A stretch of DNA of 64,000 nucleotides from a virus: IMG/VR virus record IMGVR_UViG_3300031722_000008, positions 1 to 64,000 of that record; one strand, 5' to 3'. A program made the translations under genes and the position numbers. The stretch's first letter is position 1. Every line of letters begins with the position of its first letter. Shown one piece after another: positions 1-10,385 of the stretch. Below the pieces are notes generated by a model. That model had not been told where the DNA came from and did no database searches. It saw nothing but the letters and a program-made list of their open reading frames with translations.

Positions 1-118
1 AGCAGATTCTTTCTCTTCTTTATCTTTCTCTTCTTTGTCCTTTTCAGAATCATCAGCAGATTCTTTCTCTTCTTTATCTTTCTCTTCTTTGTCCTTTTCT
101 TTGTCCTTTTCAGAATCT
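1..118 (-). repeat. ~54-bp coding tandem repeat (DSEKDKEEKDKEEKESA)
   Basis: agcagattctttctcttctttatctttctcttctttgtccttttc occurs at 1 and 55. Confidence 0.85.
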
Positions 119-309
119 TCTTCTGCTGCTAATTTTTGCTCTAATGTTAAATCACTTTCATTATCAGCATAACCTTCTATTTCTTGCGCTAATTTTTCAA
201 GAACCGCAGGATCTAAATTGCTTAATGTACTTTTAATGTTAGCATTTTCTGAGGCTTTCTTTTCAAAAAAACCACCCTCTATAAATTCACTATAAAAATT
301 ATTTGACAT
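1..309 (-). CDS. Partial acidic, repeat-rich protein following the prohead protease; putative scaffolding protein (runs off the window start)
   Basis: Manual translation from ATG at 309 (overlaps the protease stop, GGGAG upstream): MSNNFYSEFIEGGFFEKKASENANIK...LEKLAQEIE...EQKLAAEEDSEKDKEKDKEEKDKEEKESADDSEKDKEEK. No stop before base 1. Confidence 0.7.
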   Translation of the reverse strand, partial: MSNNFYSEFIEGGFFEKKASENANIKSTLSNLDPAVLEKLAQEIEGYADNESDLTLEQKLAAEEDSEKDKEKDKEEKDKEEKESADDSEKDKEEKDKEEKESA

Positions 310-2656
310 TTAACATTTCTCCCTTCTTTGTCTTGTTTATTTTATTTGTAGCTTTTTCGATACCTTTTCCTATACCTGCAAATATTAATCCATCAGCTAG
401 AAATCCTGGGATTGATCCTGCAAGTTGACCTTTTTTCGAATTGTTAAAAATAACATCACCTAGCATTGAATCTCCAATATCTCTAATGAAATTGCTTGCT
501 TGCTTTTCAATTTCTATTTTAAAGCAAGAACTTGCAGTTTTCAAGTACTCGTCCATATCTTGATATTTTAAATTTCCCTCAAGAAGTATATTCTCAGCAG
601 TATCTTCATTTCCGACACCAATTAGTACAGAGGCATATTTTATAATCGATATGTCTTTTTTTGAATAACCATTATCTTCCATAGCGCTATCGATGCTAGC
701 ATTTTTAAAAATATTATCATCGAAATCATCAGCTTGTTTTGGAATTTTTTTAGAAATATCTTTAATTAACTTTCCTGCTCCTTTCGAACCTTTATTTATT
801 GCTTTTATTCCTGCAGGTGTAACCATAGAATACAGGAATGCTGCATTTGTAGGGTTTTCAGCTATATACCTATTAAATGATGATGTCTGGTCTCCATTGT
901 TTATTCTGCTTCTTTGGAGTGCTGAATAAGAAAGTGTTAGTGGTATTCCAGCCATCAATGCTTTCATTGTACTTAACTTTGCAGTTTTTTCAAATCCAAA
1001 AGTATTATCATCTAAATAGTTTGCTATTTTCATTATACCATCATTTAACTCTCCGTTATTAGCTCTTTTAATTCTATCGTTTTGATATGCAGAATTAATC
1101 ATTGCTGACATAATAGCTGGAACAGTAAGGTCAGAGGCTTCTTCACTTGCTGCTTTAGTTAATATATTTGGTAGGAAATGATTTCTATTATTTTTTGGCT
1201 CTATTTCTCCTCTTGAAATCTTATCTAATCTAGGATATGCAAACTTTCTATGATTACTTCTAGATTCTAATAAGTGAGATACTATGCCATCCATGATGTC
1301 GTGGTTAAGGAAGTCACCATTGAAGCTTGTCTCTTGAGGTCTTGTTTTCATAATTACAAGTTTTATTTTAGCTGCTGGATGATTATTAAACATTCCATAT
1401 CCACTAGAATCACATTCACTTTTAATAGCATTTATCACATTCATAACATGACCTATTCCCATGTCCATGCCTAAATTTTCAGTTATAGAATTATTATTAC
1501 TAATAATAGATTTATCACCCAAACTACATGGAATCTGTCTTAAATCGTGACAATCCATATTCATGACTTCGAAAAAGATATCATGAATTTCGAGTGGAGA
1601 TAATTCTATAGCTGCAAAATCTAAAACTTTTAAAAATTGACTGAATACTTTTTCTGGAGGAACTTTATTCATCTGAGACAATTCTCTCAATTTCATTCCA
1701 ATATCTTGGCATTTAGCTTTATCCCAATATTCCGAGTAATTTAACTTCAATACATCGACTATATTTTCTAACATATTTAATCCATCTCTCGAAACTTCAT
1801 CACAAGCATTAGCTAATGCCTTATCTCTTATTTTGGTTTTTACTTTATCAACATCTTTAGGTGTTGATTTTTTATCCTCTTTAAAAGAAGAAGCTATCAC
1901 TTCCATATTTAATTCTTCATAAGGTTTTTCTGTTGCAACTTTAAATATATCCTCAATCTCAAGACTATCAATCATACTTGCTGTTTTCTCTAAACCTTTT
2001 CCTGATACAAATGCAACTTTACTTCCCTCGATAATTAGACCTTCAACTTTTGCAGTTCTTTCTGCTCCATTTAATACTGCAGATATATCGTGGAATTTAG
2101 GTCCTATATTGATTTCATAAACTTTCTTTCCATTGTCCATGACTTTACCTTTCATGGTCTTTAAATGCTCACAGTAATCAAATCTAGTTTTTGCAGCTTT
2201 ACCACAATAAGAACATACTACATGGTCTACTCTGCACCCCATAGATACATCGGTCATAAATCCTTTTTCGAAACCTCTAACTATTGATGGCGCTATTCTT
2301 CTATCTATCCTTATTAATAAATAGACAGACTTCATTTTATCTGACCAATCCGCCGTTAGTACATCACCTATGGCTTTTTCTATTAATTTATTTTCGTGAT
2401 TTTTAAATGTGTGAGCAGATAAGAATGTTTTATATCCTTTTAATAATTCTGTTTCAGGAAAATAATCATCATTCTTGTTACTGCCCCAATACTCTCCAGC
2501 ACTAACTGCTTTAACCTTAAGATATAAGTAATCAGGATCATAGGTAAAACCATCTGGTAATTTTACTGAGGCTGTTTTAATTAAGTCATTATCAATGACT
2601 TCAAAATCATTATTTTTAAAATCAATTAAAAATGTTGTGTGTTTGTTAAAAGACAT
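299..2656 (-). CDS. Prohead (capsid maturation) protease with long C-terminal extension
   Basis: N-terminal domain has NxNxDxF, NH, VSMGC (putative Ser nucleophile), a CSYCG...CEH Zn insertion and FHDISAV, typical of caudoviral prohead proteases. The extension has repeated KxA motifs. Confidence 0.75.
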   Translation of the reverse strand: MSFNKHTTFLIDFKNNDFEVIDNDLIKTASVKLPDGFTYDPDYLYLKVKAVSAGEYWGSNKNDDYFPETELLKGYKTFLSAHTFKNHENKLIEKAIGDVLTADWSDKMKSVYLLIRIDRRIAPSIVRGFEKGFMTDVSMGCRVDHVVCSYCGKAAKTRFDYCEHLKTMKGKVMDNGKKVYEINIGPKFHDISAVLNGAERTAKVEGLIIEGSKVAFVSGKGLEKTASMIDSLEIEDIFKVATEKPYEELNMEVIASSFKEDKKSTPKDVDKVKTKIRDKALANACDEVSRDGLNMLENIVDVLKLNYSEYWDKAKCQDIGMKLRELSQMNKVPPEKVFSQFLKVLDFAAIELSPLEIHDIFFEVMNMDCHDLRQIPCSLGDKSIISNNNSITENLGMDMGIGHVMNVINAIKSECDSSGYGMFNNHPAAKIKLVIMKTRPQETSFNGDFLNHDIMDGIVSHLLESRSNHRKFAYPRLDKISRGEIEPKNNRNHFLPNILTKAASEEASDLTVPAIMSAMINSAYQNDRIKRANNGELNDGIMKIANYLDDNTFGFEKTAKLSTMKALMAGIPLTLSYSALQRSRINNGDQTSSFNRYIAENPTNAAFLYSMVTPAGIKAINKGSKGAGKLIKDISKKIPKQADDFDDNIFKNASIDSAMEDNGYSKKDISIIKYASVLIGVGNEDTAENILLEGNLKYQDMDEYLKTASSCFKIEIEKQASNFIRDIGDSMLGDVIFNNSKKGQLAGSIPGFLADGLIFAGIGKGIEKATNKINKTKKGEMLNVK

Positions 2657-2740
2657 ATTGATATCTCTCCTCTCTTTTAATTACTGATTAAAGTATAGCA
2701 TTAATAAAATGGAACGACAATCTTCATGTTATTCCTATTA

Positions 2741-3246
2741 GTGGACACTTTTAAAATAGAAGTGTCCACTTTTTAAAAAAAGTGTCCATGCTTTTTTCCC
2801 GCAGGTAAGCCGAAAAAATAAAAATGGACAAATGGGAATAAAAGGGTGTCCATGCTTTTTCCTTTCACCAAGAGCAGAACTATTAAAAATGATGATTTTG
2901 GACACTTTTGGTTAGGGGTATCCCCCTCTCTTTAAAATTTTTAAAAGAAATTATCAAAATAAGATAGAAATTAAGAGGAAATAGGTGAATTAAAAAAATA
3001 CCCCTATATACTTTATCTTAAACTGTCCTATTATATATATAATAATAATATATATTATATATATATGAACCTATAGTAAGTGTCCATGAGGGTTTAGTAA
3101 AATAGATATATCCATTTTATTCCATTGATGGTGGACACTTGCAGGACATTTGGGGACATTAGAAAATATTCATTATTTTTATTTCCTTTACCTAAGCCAA
3201 ATCAATATAGGAAAATGGACACTTACAAAATTTGTAAGTGTCCATT
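2741..3246. repeat. Intergenic cluster of TGGACAC/GTGTCCA iteron-like repeats around an AT-only tract; putative origin or packaging site
   Basis: About 11-12 GGACA(C)/(G)TGTCC copies in both orientations; (TA)-rich run at ~3029-3066; no ORF; lies between divergent genes. Confidence 0.65.
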
Positions 3247-3272
3247 TTATTTTATAAATGCTAATTTTTGTA

Positions 3273-3287
3273 GTATAAGATATTAAA
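3273..3287 (+). promoter_or_regulatory. Conserved phage promoter-like motif GTATAAGATATTAAA
   Basis: Exact copy upstream of RBS and ORF 3299. Confidence 0.8.
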
Positions 3288-3298
3288 TAAAAAGAAAG

Positions 3299-3682
3299 GT
3301 GATGGTAATTATGAATACAAAAATGAAATTAGGTTTAGGAATTGGAGCAATAGCAACAACAATAACAGGAGTAGTAGCAAGCAAAATTATTACAAGTAAA
3401 AGCAAAAAGAAAATTGAGGAAGGAGAATTTGATGAAGATCAAGAAAAGAAATTCAAGATTAAAAGTAGAATATTCGAAGGAATAGGAATAGCAGGAGTAA
3501 TAGCAGGAGTAGCAACATTAGGAACAATATTAATGGATAGTAACAATAAAAATGAAGATGAAAATGACGTGGAAGAAATAGAATACAACAATGAAGTGGA
3601 AGAAATAGAAATCAATGAAAATGAAATAGATAATGAAAAATTGGAAAATGAAATAAATAATGAAATAAAAGAAAATGAATAA
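3299..3682 (+). CDS. Small membrane protein (two hydrophobic segments, acidic tail)
   Basis: LGLGIGAIATTITGVVAS and GIGIAGVIAGVATLGTIL; purine-rich coding strand. Confidence 0.75.
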   Translation: MMVIMNTKMKLGLGIGAIATTITGVVASKIITSKSKKKIEEGEFDEDQEKKFKIKSRIFEGIGIAGVIAGVATLGTILMDSNNKNEDENDVEEIEYNNEVEEIEINENEIDNEKLENEINNEIKENE

Positions 3683-3771
3683 TAAAAAAGGTGGGGAGAC
3701 TCACCATTTTTTATTGTCAGAATTTTGTTTTAGCATTAGAATAAGAATGAATAATATATGGAGGTAATGTA

Positions 3772-4575
3772 ATGAACGAAAATTTAGAAAATGAAAAGAT
3801 ATTAGCATTAGAAAGTAAGGATTTGAATTCTCATAATCCAGGATATAATGTTGAAAGGAAATCACTAGATAAGATGAATAATAGCATGGCGAACATATCG
3901 CATCTACCTAAAAATCAGATCAAAGAAAATAATGGAATTAAAACCAAAATAAGAACAAGAAAAGAAGCTCGTATTATTTGGCAAACTTTTCTTAAAAAAT
4001 ATGCAGTAGATTTTGAGGCATATATGGGATATGGAATCAATGAAATCAAGAAGATAGGTTGGAGAGAATTTATTGATTTTATGGATTGGAGAGAAAAGGA
4101 AGATATTCCTAGATACAGAACGGACAGAGTAAAAGTTATTCCATGTCAGCATTGTGGAAATCACTTCACTACATTCCAAATAGATTTTGGTTTATGTAAT
4201 CAATGTAAAAAAATATATAATTTAAAGCATTTTGGAGAAGTATGTCAGTATAGTGACCAAGTGGATGCTGGTTCAAGTGGTGCTTTAGTAATAGCCTTTG
4301 CATATATGGATGAATTCAGAAAGATGTACAGGAACGATTTACCGCTAAAAGAGAAGATTGAAATGGCCGGACAGCTAGATGATTTTAGTGGACTATATAC
4401 ATTAAAATTATTAGAGAGTATTATTAGTGAAAATAAGGCAGATGAGTTTTTAAAAATAACAGATGAAACCCTTATAACTCAAAAAGCGATAAATAAATAT
4501 GAGTCTATAAAAACTATTCTTTTATCTTATGATTCTAATGAATTAAAGTTAAAAAGATTAAAAGATATTTTTTAA
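3772..4575 (+). CDS. Hypothetical protein with CxxC..CxxC zinc ribbon
   Basis: CQHCG...CNQC; RBS GGAGG. Confidence 0.75.
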   Translation: MNENLENEKILALESKDLNSHNPGYNVERKSLDKMNNSMANISHLPKNQIKENNGIKTKIRTRKEARIIWQTFLKKYAVDFEAYMGYGINEIKKIGWREFIDFMDWREKEDIPRYRTDRVKVIPCQHCGNHFTTFQIDFGLCNQCKKIYNLKHFGEVCQYSDQVDAGSSGALVIAFAYMDEFRKMYRNDLPLKEKIEMAGQLDDFSGLYTLKLLESIISENKADEFLKITDETLITQKAINKYESIKTILLSYDSNELKLKRLKDIF

Positions 4576-4590
4576 ATGCCTATATTTGTA

Positions 4591-4634
4591 GTATAAGATA
4601 TTAAAGGAGAAACATTAATGTTTCTCCTTTAATA
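4591..4634 (+). promoter_or_regulatory. GTATAAGATATTAAA motif overlapping a 36-bp perfect palindrome
   Basis: Motif at 4591-4605; tattaaaggagaaacatt|aatgtttctcctttaata at 4599-4634. Confidence 0.8.
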
Positions 4635-4655
4635 ATTTTTTAGGAGGAATTAATT

Positions 4656-5087
4656 ATGTCGAAGTCAATCAAGGTAAGCGAAAAACATGGAGTTAATCCC
4701 ACAATACCACTTTGTTTTTATTGTGGTGGACACAAAGAAGAAATTGTACTTATGGGAAAATTAAAAGATGATGCTGAAGCACCTAAGAATTTATTACTTG
4801 ATTATGAACCTTGTGATAAATGTAAGGAGCAATTTAAACAAGGCTTTTTGGTTACGGAAGTTTCTAGTGAACCTACAATTGAAAATCAACCACCGATTAC
4901 TAAGGGGCATTATCCAACAGGAAAGCTTTTACTTATTAAAAAAGAATCAGCAAAAGATATTTTCGGTAAAGACAAGGAATGGGAAAGTATGGAGAGAAGG
5001 AGTGCTGTTCTTCTAGATAAAGAAATCTTTGAACACATATTTGGAGATGCATTAAGAGAACAGCAAAAAGAAGTACAGGCACAATAA
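4656..5087 (+). CDS. Hypothetical Zn-binding protein
   Basis: CFYCG and CDKC; RBS AGGAGG. Confidence 0.75.
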   Translation: MSKSIKVSEKHGVNPTIPLCFYCGGHKEEIVLMGKLKDDAEAPKNLLLDYEPCDKCKEQFKQGFLVTEVSSEPTIENQPPITKGHYPTGKLLLIKKESAKDIFGKDKEWESMERRSAVLLDKEIFEHIFGDALREQQKEVQAQ

Positions 5088-5120
5088 TAAATTATTTCTG
5101 TTAACGAAAGGAGATTAATA

Positions 5121-5795
5121 ATGAGAATAATTTATGGAACCAAGGTGCTGATTGAAAAAGATTTGTTTGAAAACTGTGGTAGACCCATAAATCTCATTCA
5201 ACTCGTTACAGATAATTTAGATAGTGTCTTAGAAGATTTGGATGATGTATGTTTATTCTTTATGCACAGAGGAACCTATCAATCAGCACAATTTAATTTT
5301 AGATTCATTCCATTAAATGTAATAGAACAATACATTCTTTATAAGAGTGTTAAATCTAATGCAGAAGATTCAATAAAAAACATGGCCACGAATTCAACTC
5401 GAAAATATTTTGATCAGATGATTGAAATTGCAAAAGATAGATTGGATTCTTTAATTAAAGAATATACAGATCTAGAACTTAGAAAATTAGAGTATGAAAC
5501 TTGCATGACTTTTATCTTTGATAAAAATGATAAGCTTAAGGATATCTGTCTAGCCATTCCAGAATTAGTGGTATCAAAAATCAATACACTTACAGAGTAT
5601 ACTTGTACGAAATGTGGAGCAACTAAAAAGACTGATATATTGCCCGAAGATATGTATTATAGAATTCATGATGGGCAAGTAATATATTACTGCAATAATT
5701 GTGTTAGTGATTATCCTGATGCAGTTCATGTTGGTGATATCTATGGAAAAGAAATCAAAAGTGCTTTACAAAAGGAAAAAATATATATAAAATAA
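5121..5795 (+). CDS. Hypothetical protein with C-terminal zinc ribbon
   Basis: CTKCG...CNNC; RBS AAGGAG. Confidence 0.75.
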   Translation: MRIIYGTKVLIEKDLFENCGRPINLIQLVTDNLDSVLEDLDDVCLFFMHRGTYQSAQFNFRFIPLNVIEQYILYKSVKSNAEDSIKNMATNSTRKYFDQMIEIAKDRLDSLIKEYTDLELRKLEYETCMTFIFDKNDKLKDICLAIPELVVSKINTLTEYTCTKCGATKKTDILPEDMYYRIHDGQVIYYCNNCVSDYPDAVHVGDIYGKEIKSALQKEKIYIK

Positions 5796-5821
5796 AAAAT
5801 GTTATCAAAAAAATAAATTCA

Positions 5822-5835
5822 TATAAGGTATTAAA
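5822..5835 (+). promoter_or_regulatory. Variant promoter motif TATAAGGTATTAAA followed by a hairpin
   Basis: One mismatch in the 14-bp core; ttaaacga...tcgtttaa stem follows. Confidence 0.6.
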
Positions 5836-5886
5836 CGAGGGAAATTAATCTTCGTTTAAAATAAATTTTTTTAGGAGGAATAAAAA

Positions 5887-6255
5887 ATGAAAACACAACC
5901 AGAATTTTTAGAATCAGTAATGGAAAAGGTAAAAGCGCAAGGTGTGGAATTAAGTGAAGCTGTAGTAAAGAAAGTACTTAAGGCAGCAGATGAAACAAGA
6001 GTAGAGGATCTTGTAGAAACAGGAAAAACAAAACTTACTGATATTGGTACTTTAGAAACAAGATATAGAGCTGCAAGACCAGGAGTTAATCCAAGAACAA
6101 AAGAAGAAATTACAGTTCCTGAAGCATTAACAGTAGGATTATCAGTTAGTTCTATAATCAAAAAGGAAATAGAAGAGAAAGTTGATATCGTTCCTTATAG
6201 AGAAGCAGCAGAAGCTAAGAAAGCAGCAGCAGAAGCTAAGAAAGCAGCAAAATAA
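5887..6255 (+). CDS. hup: HU/IHF-family histone-like DNA-binding protein with Ala/Lys-rich tail
   Basis: IGTLETRYRAARPGVNPRTKEEITVP arm motif; AAEAKKAAAEAKKAAK tail. Confidence 0.9.
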   Translation: MKTQPEFLESVMEKVKAQGVELSEAVVKKVLKAADETRVEDLVETGKTKLTDIGTLETRYRAARPGVNPRTKEEITVPEALTVGLSVSSIIKKEIEEKVDIVPYREAAEAKKAAAEAKKAAK

Positions 6256-6311
6256 TAAAATGTTAATTATTAAAAATAAAATAAAATATAAATCAAGGGG
6301 GACAAATTAAA

Positions 6312-7154
6312 ATGGCAGATGTTAAAGGTAAAAAAGAGGAATTAGCAGTAAAAGACGCAAGCGTAGTAGTTGAAGGATTCGGTGCATTTAAAAGTCCCAA
6401 CGAAGAAGTAGTTGGATTAGATGTAAATCAATCAGATATTCAATTACCAAAATATAAATTATTACAAACAACTTCTCCAGAAGTTACTAAATGTAAAGAT
6501 GGAAGTATAAAGGCTGGACAATTCTATAATACAGTAACAGGCGAAGCTAAAGATGCTATCGATTGTATATTATTAGATCAAGGGAAATCAATGGTAAATT
6601 GGAAGAAACCTTTTAAAAGAGGAGAGGACCCATTATGCAGAAGCTTCAATGGTAAAGTTAAAGTAGATGCTGATGGTGTTGGAGATGGTAACTGTGAAAC
6701 ATGCCAATACTCTTCTCAAAACCAAAAGGCTTGGAATAACTTACCTGAAGGAGAAACAAAACCAGCATGTAATATGAGTTATGTATTCCTTGCTTTAGAT
6801 TGTGAAACTAGAACACCATTTAGAATCATAGCAGCAGGTGCAAGTGTAAAAACTACCAAAGGATTCATGAACAAATTAATTCCACTTAACATTGCTCCTT
6901 TTGCATGTAAGGTAACATTTGGAAGTCACCAAGAAGAAAATGATCAAGGTGTATTCTATGTATTGGATTATAATAACTTTAGACCAAACGATGATGCTAT
7001 GAATCCTGATGGAAAAACTCGTAATGAAAAGGCTTATCAAGAATTAAAAACTATGAGTTTAGCGTTAAAGAAATTATTCATGACTGAAATCGTAGAAAGA
7101 GATATTATAGATGTAGAACAAGGTGCCGATGGCAAAGATGGAGAATTATTCTAA
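6312..7154 (+). CDS. Putative phage ssDNA-binding protein
   Basis: LPKYKLLQ..SPEV N-terminal motif, Cys cluster, acidic C-terminus ending in F; replication context. Confidence 0.45.
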   Translation: MADVKGKKEELAVKDASVVVEGFGAFKSPNEEVVGLDVNQSDIQLPKYKLLQTTSPEVTKCKDGSIKAGQFYNTVTGEAKDAIDCILLDQGKSMVNWKKPFKRGEDPLCRSFNGKVKVDADGVGDGNCETCQYSSQNQKAWNNLPEGETKPACNMSYVFLALDCETRTPFRIIAAGASVKTTKGFMNKLIPLNIAPFACKVTFGSHQEENDQGVFYVLDYNNFRPNDDAMNPDGKTRNEKAYQELKTMSLALKKLFMTEIVERDIIDVEQGADGKDGELF

Positions 7155-7230
7155 AACTATAATAGATAATTAAATGAAAGAGCCTTTCGGCTCTTTCATT
7201 TTTCATATTTTCATTTGGGAGGTAATTGTA

Positions 7231-7977
7231 TTGTTTAAGATAAGTATCGAAAAATCAAAAAATAAATATCTTGATATAGTTAAAGAAATAACTGATATAA
7301 TGAATAGCGAGAAATTAAAGAATGTAGATAAAAATGGATACTACATAGTATCTTGCTTTATAAGAGATATGAACAATTTATTATGCGAAACAACAATAAA
7401 AGAGAAAGAACTTTTGAAACAAAAAGGGTTTAGCAATTCATTGGTACACAATAGAACTGTTAAGTCTGTCTTATTAAATACTGAAATATCTGAACTTGCT
7501 GATGCTGTAAAGAAAGATTTAGGTAAAGAAGCAGAAGGCTTTGAGTTAGCTGATATAGTTATGAGATGTACAAATTTTCTTTGTTCTGATGAAACTATAT
7601 CTCAATACCTAAAATTAAGTATAGAAATTAAGAAAGAATTGAGCGAATTTGAGAATAAGTATTTTGCAATTTCAGTAAATACTTATTCTCAAAGCGAAAA
7701 TGAATCTAAATTTGTTATGATAGAAGATATGATGAGAGTTTGGAATGAAGTTAATACATCTTCAAAGATAATGATGTATGCTTATCATAATTCAGAAAAG
7801 AACTTCTTAAAACTATTTGTGGCAATGTGGAATAATATCATAGAGTTAGTATCATTATGTGATGTGTATGCTGATGTATTTTTGCCAGAGAATTTGCAGT
7901 ATTACGTTGAAACAAAAATGGAACAAAATTTTGGAAGACCGTTCAGATATAACATTTCCGGAAATATAGATAAGTAA
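7231..7977 (+). CDS. Hypothetical protein
   Basis: Long ORF; likely TTG start after GGGAGG. Confidence 0.7.
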   Translation: MFKISIEKSKNKYLDIVKEITDIMNSEKLKNVDKNGYYIVSCFIRDMNNLLCETTIKEKELLKQKGFSNSLVHNRTVKSVLLNTEISELADAVKKDLGKEAEGFELADIVMRCTNFLCSDETISQYLKLSIEIKKELSEFENKYFAISVNTYSQSENESKFVMIEDMMRVWNEVNTSSKIMMYAYHNSEKNFLKLFVAMWNNIIELVSLCDVYADVFLPENLQYYVETKMEQNFGRPFRYNISGNIDK

Positions 7978-7991
7978 TTTTGCATTTCTTT

Positions 7992-8023
7992 AATAGAGCA
8001 TCTATAATTATAGATGCTCTATT
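7992..8023. promoter_or_regulatory. 32-bp perfect palindrome centred on CTATAATTATAG, upstream of nrdD
   Basis: aatagagcatctataa|ttatagatgctctatt. Confidence 0.6.
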
Positions 8024-8047
8024 TTTATTTTGAGGGAGGAAATTTTT

Positions 8048-10210
8048 ATGATAGAAAAGGTTATAAAAAGAGATGGGAGAAGAACAAAATTTTCAGAAAG
8101 GAGAATAAGAGAAGCTATTTCTGAAGCTATGAGAAATTGCGGTGCCAGTACTTATAATGTTATAGGACAAGTTACTGAAGCATGCATTAACGCAATCAAT
8201 GTTAATTTTGATGAAGCTTCATATCCTAAAGTTGAAGAAATCCAAGATGTAATTATTGGAGTGCTTAAGGAAATGGAATTGGGGAATGTAGCGGAACATT
8301 TTGAGGAATACAGACAAGACAGAACTAAGGTTAGAGAAATTAAATCAGATGTAATGCAAGCAATTAAAAAGATTGGTGAAGAAACCACTAGAGATAATGC
8401 TAATGTAGGAAATAATTTCAGTGCTAAATTACTTCAAATAGCCTCTGTAGCAAACAAATATTTTAACCTAGCAAATATGCCCAAAGAACATTCAAAGGCA
8501 CATGAGCGAGGTGATATCCATATACATGACGTAGATAGTTTCAATCTTACTATTAATTGTCTTCATATTGATACTAGGAGAAAATTAGCGGAAGGATTTA
8601 ATACTGGATATGGGACAATAAGATCACCTAAGAGTATTGAAGCTGCTGGAGAATTATCATGTATTCTTCTTCAATCAACTCAGAATGATATGTTTGGTGG
8701 TCAAAGTCATGTTAATTTCGATAATGATATGGCGCCATTTGTAGGAGAAACTAGAAAAAAATATGAGATTGAGGAAATAAATAATTTCATTCACTATAGT
8801 CCTAATTTAATGAGAGAGAATTTAGTTATAAATGATTTTTCCGCGTTTGATCAAAAACTTATAAAAGATAATGTGGAGAAGAGAGTTAAAAAATCAGTTC
8901 GCCAAGCCATGCAAGGTGTATGCTACAACCTAAACACAATGCATTCTCGTGCAGGAAGCCAAGTTCCATTCTCATCAATTAATATTGGTATTCCTAAGAA
9001 TGAAGATGCAGCATTAGTATGTCAAATGTTCCTTGAAGAATATGACAAGGGCATGGGCAAGGGAGAACAAATGATTTTCCCGAATATTTGTTTCAGAACA
9101 AAGAAAGGTGTAAATACAGAAGAAAATGATCCTTACAGATATCTATATGATTTAGCTGTCAAAGTTGCAGCTCACAGAATGAATCCTACATTTAGAAATT
9201 TAGATAATTCTATGGACCTTTCTTATTACATTAGAGGTATATTGGCAGCACAGATGGGTTGTAGAACAAATGTAATGGCAAACAGAAATGGAGAAGATGG
9301 TCCTGAAGCTAGAGGAAATATAGCTCCATGTTCAATGAATATGGTTAGGTTAGGAATAGAAGCCAAAAGTAATTGGGATAAATTCTTCAAGTCACTAGAT
9401 AAATTAATGATACTATCAAAAGAGGAATTATTGTACAGATATGACGTACTTAAGAAATTAAGAATAAAAGATTTACCTTTCGTCGCAGGCCAAAAACTCG
9501 TAAAAGGTTCAGAGGGGTTAGGTCCTGAAGACAGTATTGAACCAATATTAAAACAAGGAACATGGGGAATAGGATTCATAGGTCTTGCAGAAACACTTAT
9601 CGCTATGATGGGAGTTCATCATGGAGAATCAGAAGAAGCTTATGAAAAAGCAAAAGAAATCATGAATTTTATGAGTGACAGAGTTGAAGCGTTTGGAGAT
9701 GAAACAGGCTTAAACTTTTCTCTATATGCAACTCCAGCTGAGGGATTAAGCGGAAGATTCACTGAAATGGATTTGAAAAGATATGGAGAAATAAAGAATG
9801 TAACTGATAGGGGATTCTACACTAATAGTTTTCACATTCCAGTTTACTACAATATTTCAGCACTTAAGAAAGCTGATTTAGAAGCTCCATTTCATAAATT
9901 ATGTACTGGTGGAATGATAAGTTACTTTGAGATCGATGGTGGCGATACAGAAACTAGAGAACGATATATTCATAGACATTTAAAATATTGTAGAGAGAAT
10001 ACCAATATAGTGTATGTTGCTTATAATTTCAGGATAAGGTATTGCAAAGATTGTGGCACAGAAGCAACTATGGATATGACAACTTGCCCTAATTGTGGAG
10101 GAAATCATTTTCAAGGAATATCTAGAGTTACAGGATATTTAAGTTTAGATGAAAGATTTGGGTATGGAAAAGAAAGAGAGAGAGAATCAAGAATAGTCCA
10201 TGAAATATAG
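8048..10210 (+). CDS. nrdD: Anaerobic (class III) ribonucleoside-triphosphate reductase
   Basis: N-terminal ATP cone (VIKRDGR), NTMHSRAGSQVPFSS, MGCR, TPAEGL, YTNSFH, CxxC-CxxC and the RVTGYL glycyl-radical motif. Confidence 0.97.
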   Translation: MIEKVIKRDGRRTKFSERRIREAISEAMRNCGASTYNVIGQVTEACINAINVNFDEASYPKVEEIQDVIIGVLKEMELGNVAEHFEEYRQDRTKVREIKSDVMQAIKKIGEETTRDNANVGNNFSAKLLQIASVANKYFNLANMPKEHSKAHERGDIHIHDVDSFNLTINCLHIDTRRKLAEGFNTGYGTIRSPKSIEAAGELSCILLQSTQNDMFGGQSHVNFDNDMAPFVGETRKKYEIEEINNFIHYSPNLMRENLVINDFSAFDQKLIKDNVEKRVKKSVRQAMQGVCYNLNTMHSRAGSQVPFSSINIGIPKNEDAALVCQMFLEEYDKGMGKGEQMIFPNICFRTKKGVNTEENDPYRYLYDLAVKVAAHRMNPTFRNLDNSMDLSYYIRGILAAQMGCRTNVMANRNGEDGPEARGNIAPCSMNMVRLGIEAKSNWDKFFKSLDKLMILSKEELLYRYDVLKKLRIKDLPFVAGQKLVKGSEGLGPEDSIEPILKQGTWGIGFIGLAETLIAMMGVHHGESEEAYEKAKEIMNFMSDRVEAFGDETGLNFSLYATPAEGLSGRFTEMDLKRYGEIKNVTDRGFYTNSFHIPVYYNISALKKADLEAPFHKLCTGGMISYFEIDGGDTETRERYIHRHLKYCRENTNIVYVAYNFRIRYCKDCGTEATMDMTTCPNCGGNHFQGISRVTGYLSLDERFGYGKERERESRIVHEI

Positions 10211-10221
10211 ATTAAGGGGTG

Positions 10222-10383
10222 ATGATATTGGAAGAAATAAAATATGGATATCTAAGGGAACTAGAAATAAAGGATTTAGTAACTAGAAGATTCCATTTTT
10301 CAGCTAGATCAGTTATAGTTCCAAATACAAAAGAAATTAGAACAGATAATACTGAAAAAATAATAAATGAGAGAAAGGAGTAG
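10222..10383 (+). CDS. Small hypothetical protein (53 aa)
   Basis: Manual ORF after AAGGGG: MILEEIKYGYLRELEIKDLVTRRFHFSARSVIVPNTKE...; fills the gap between nrdD and the next gene. Confidence 0.6.
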   Translation: MILEEIKYGYLRELEIKDLVTRRFHFSARSVIVPNTKEIRTDNTEKIINERKE

Positions 10384-10385
10384 CT

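Noticed and set aside
8048-10210. Intron or intein in nrdD (also checked terminase and RNAP)
   Set aside because: ORFs are continuous and of ordinary length, with no intein or homing-endonuclease motifs seen
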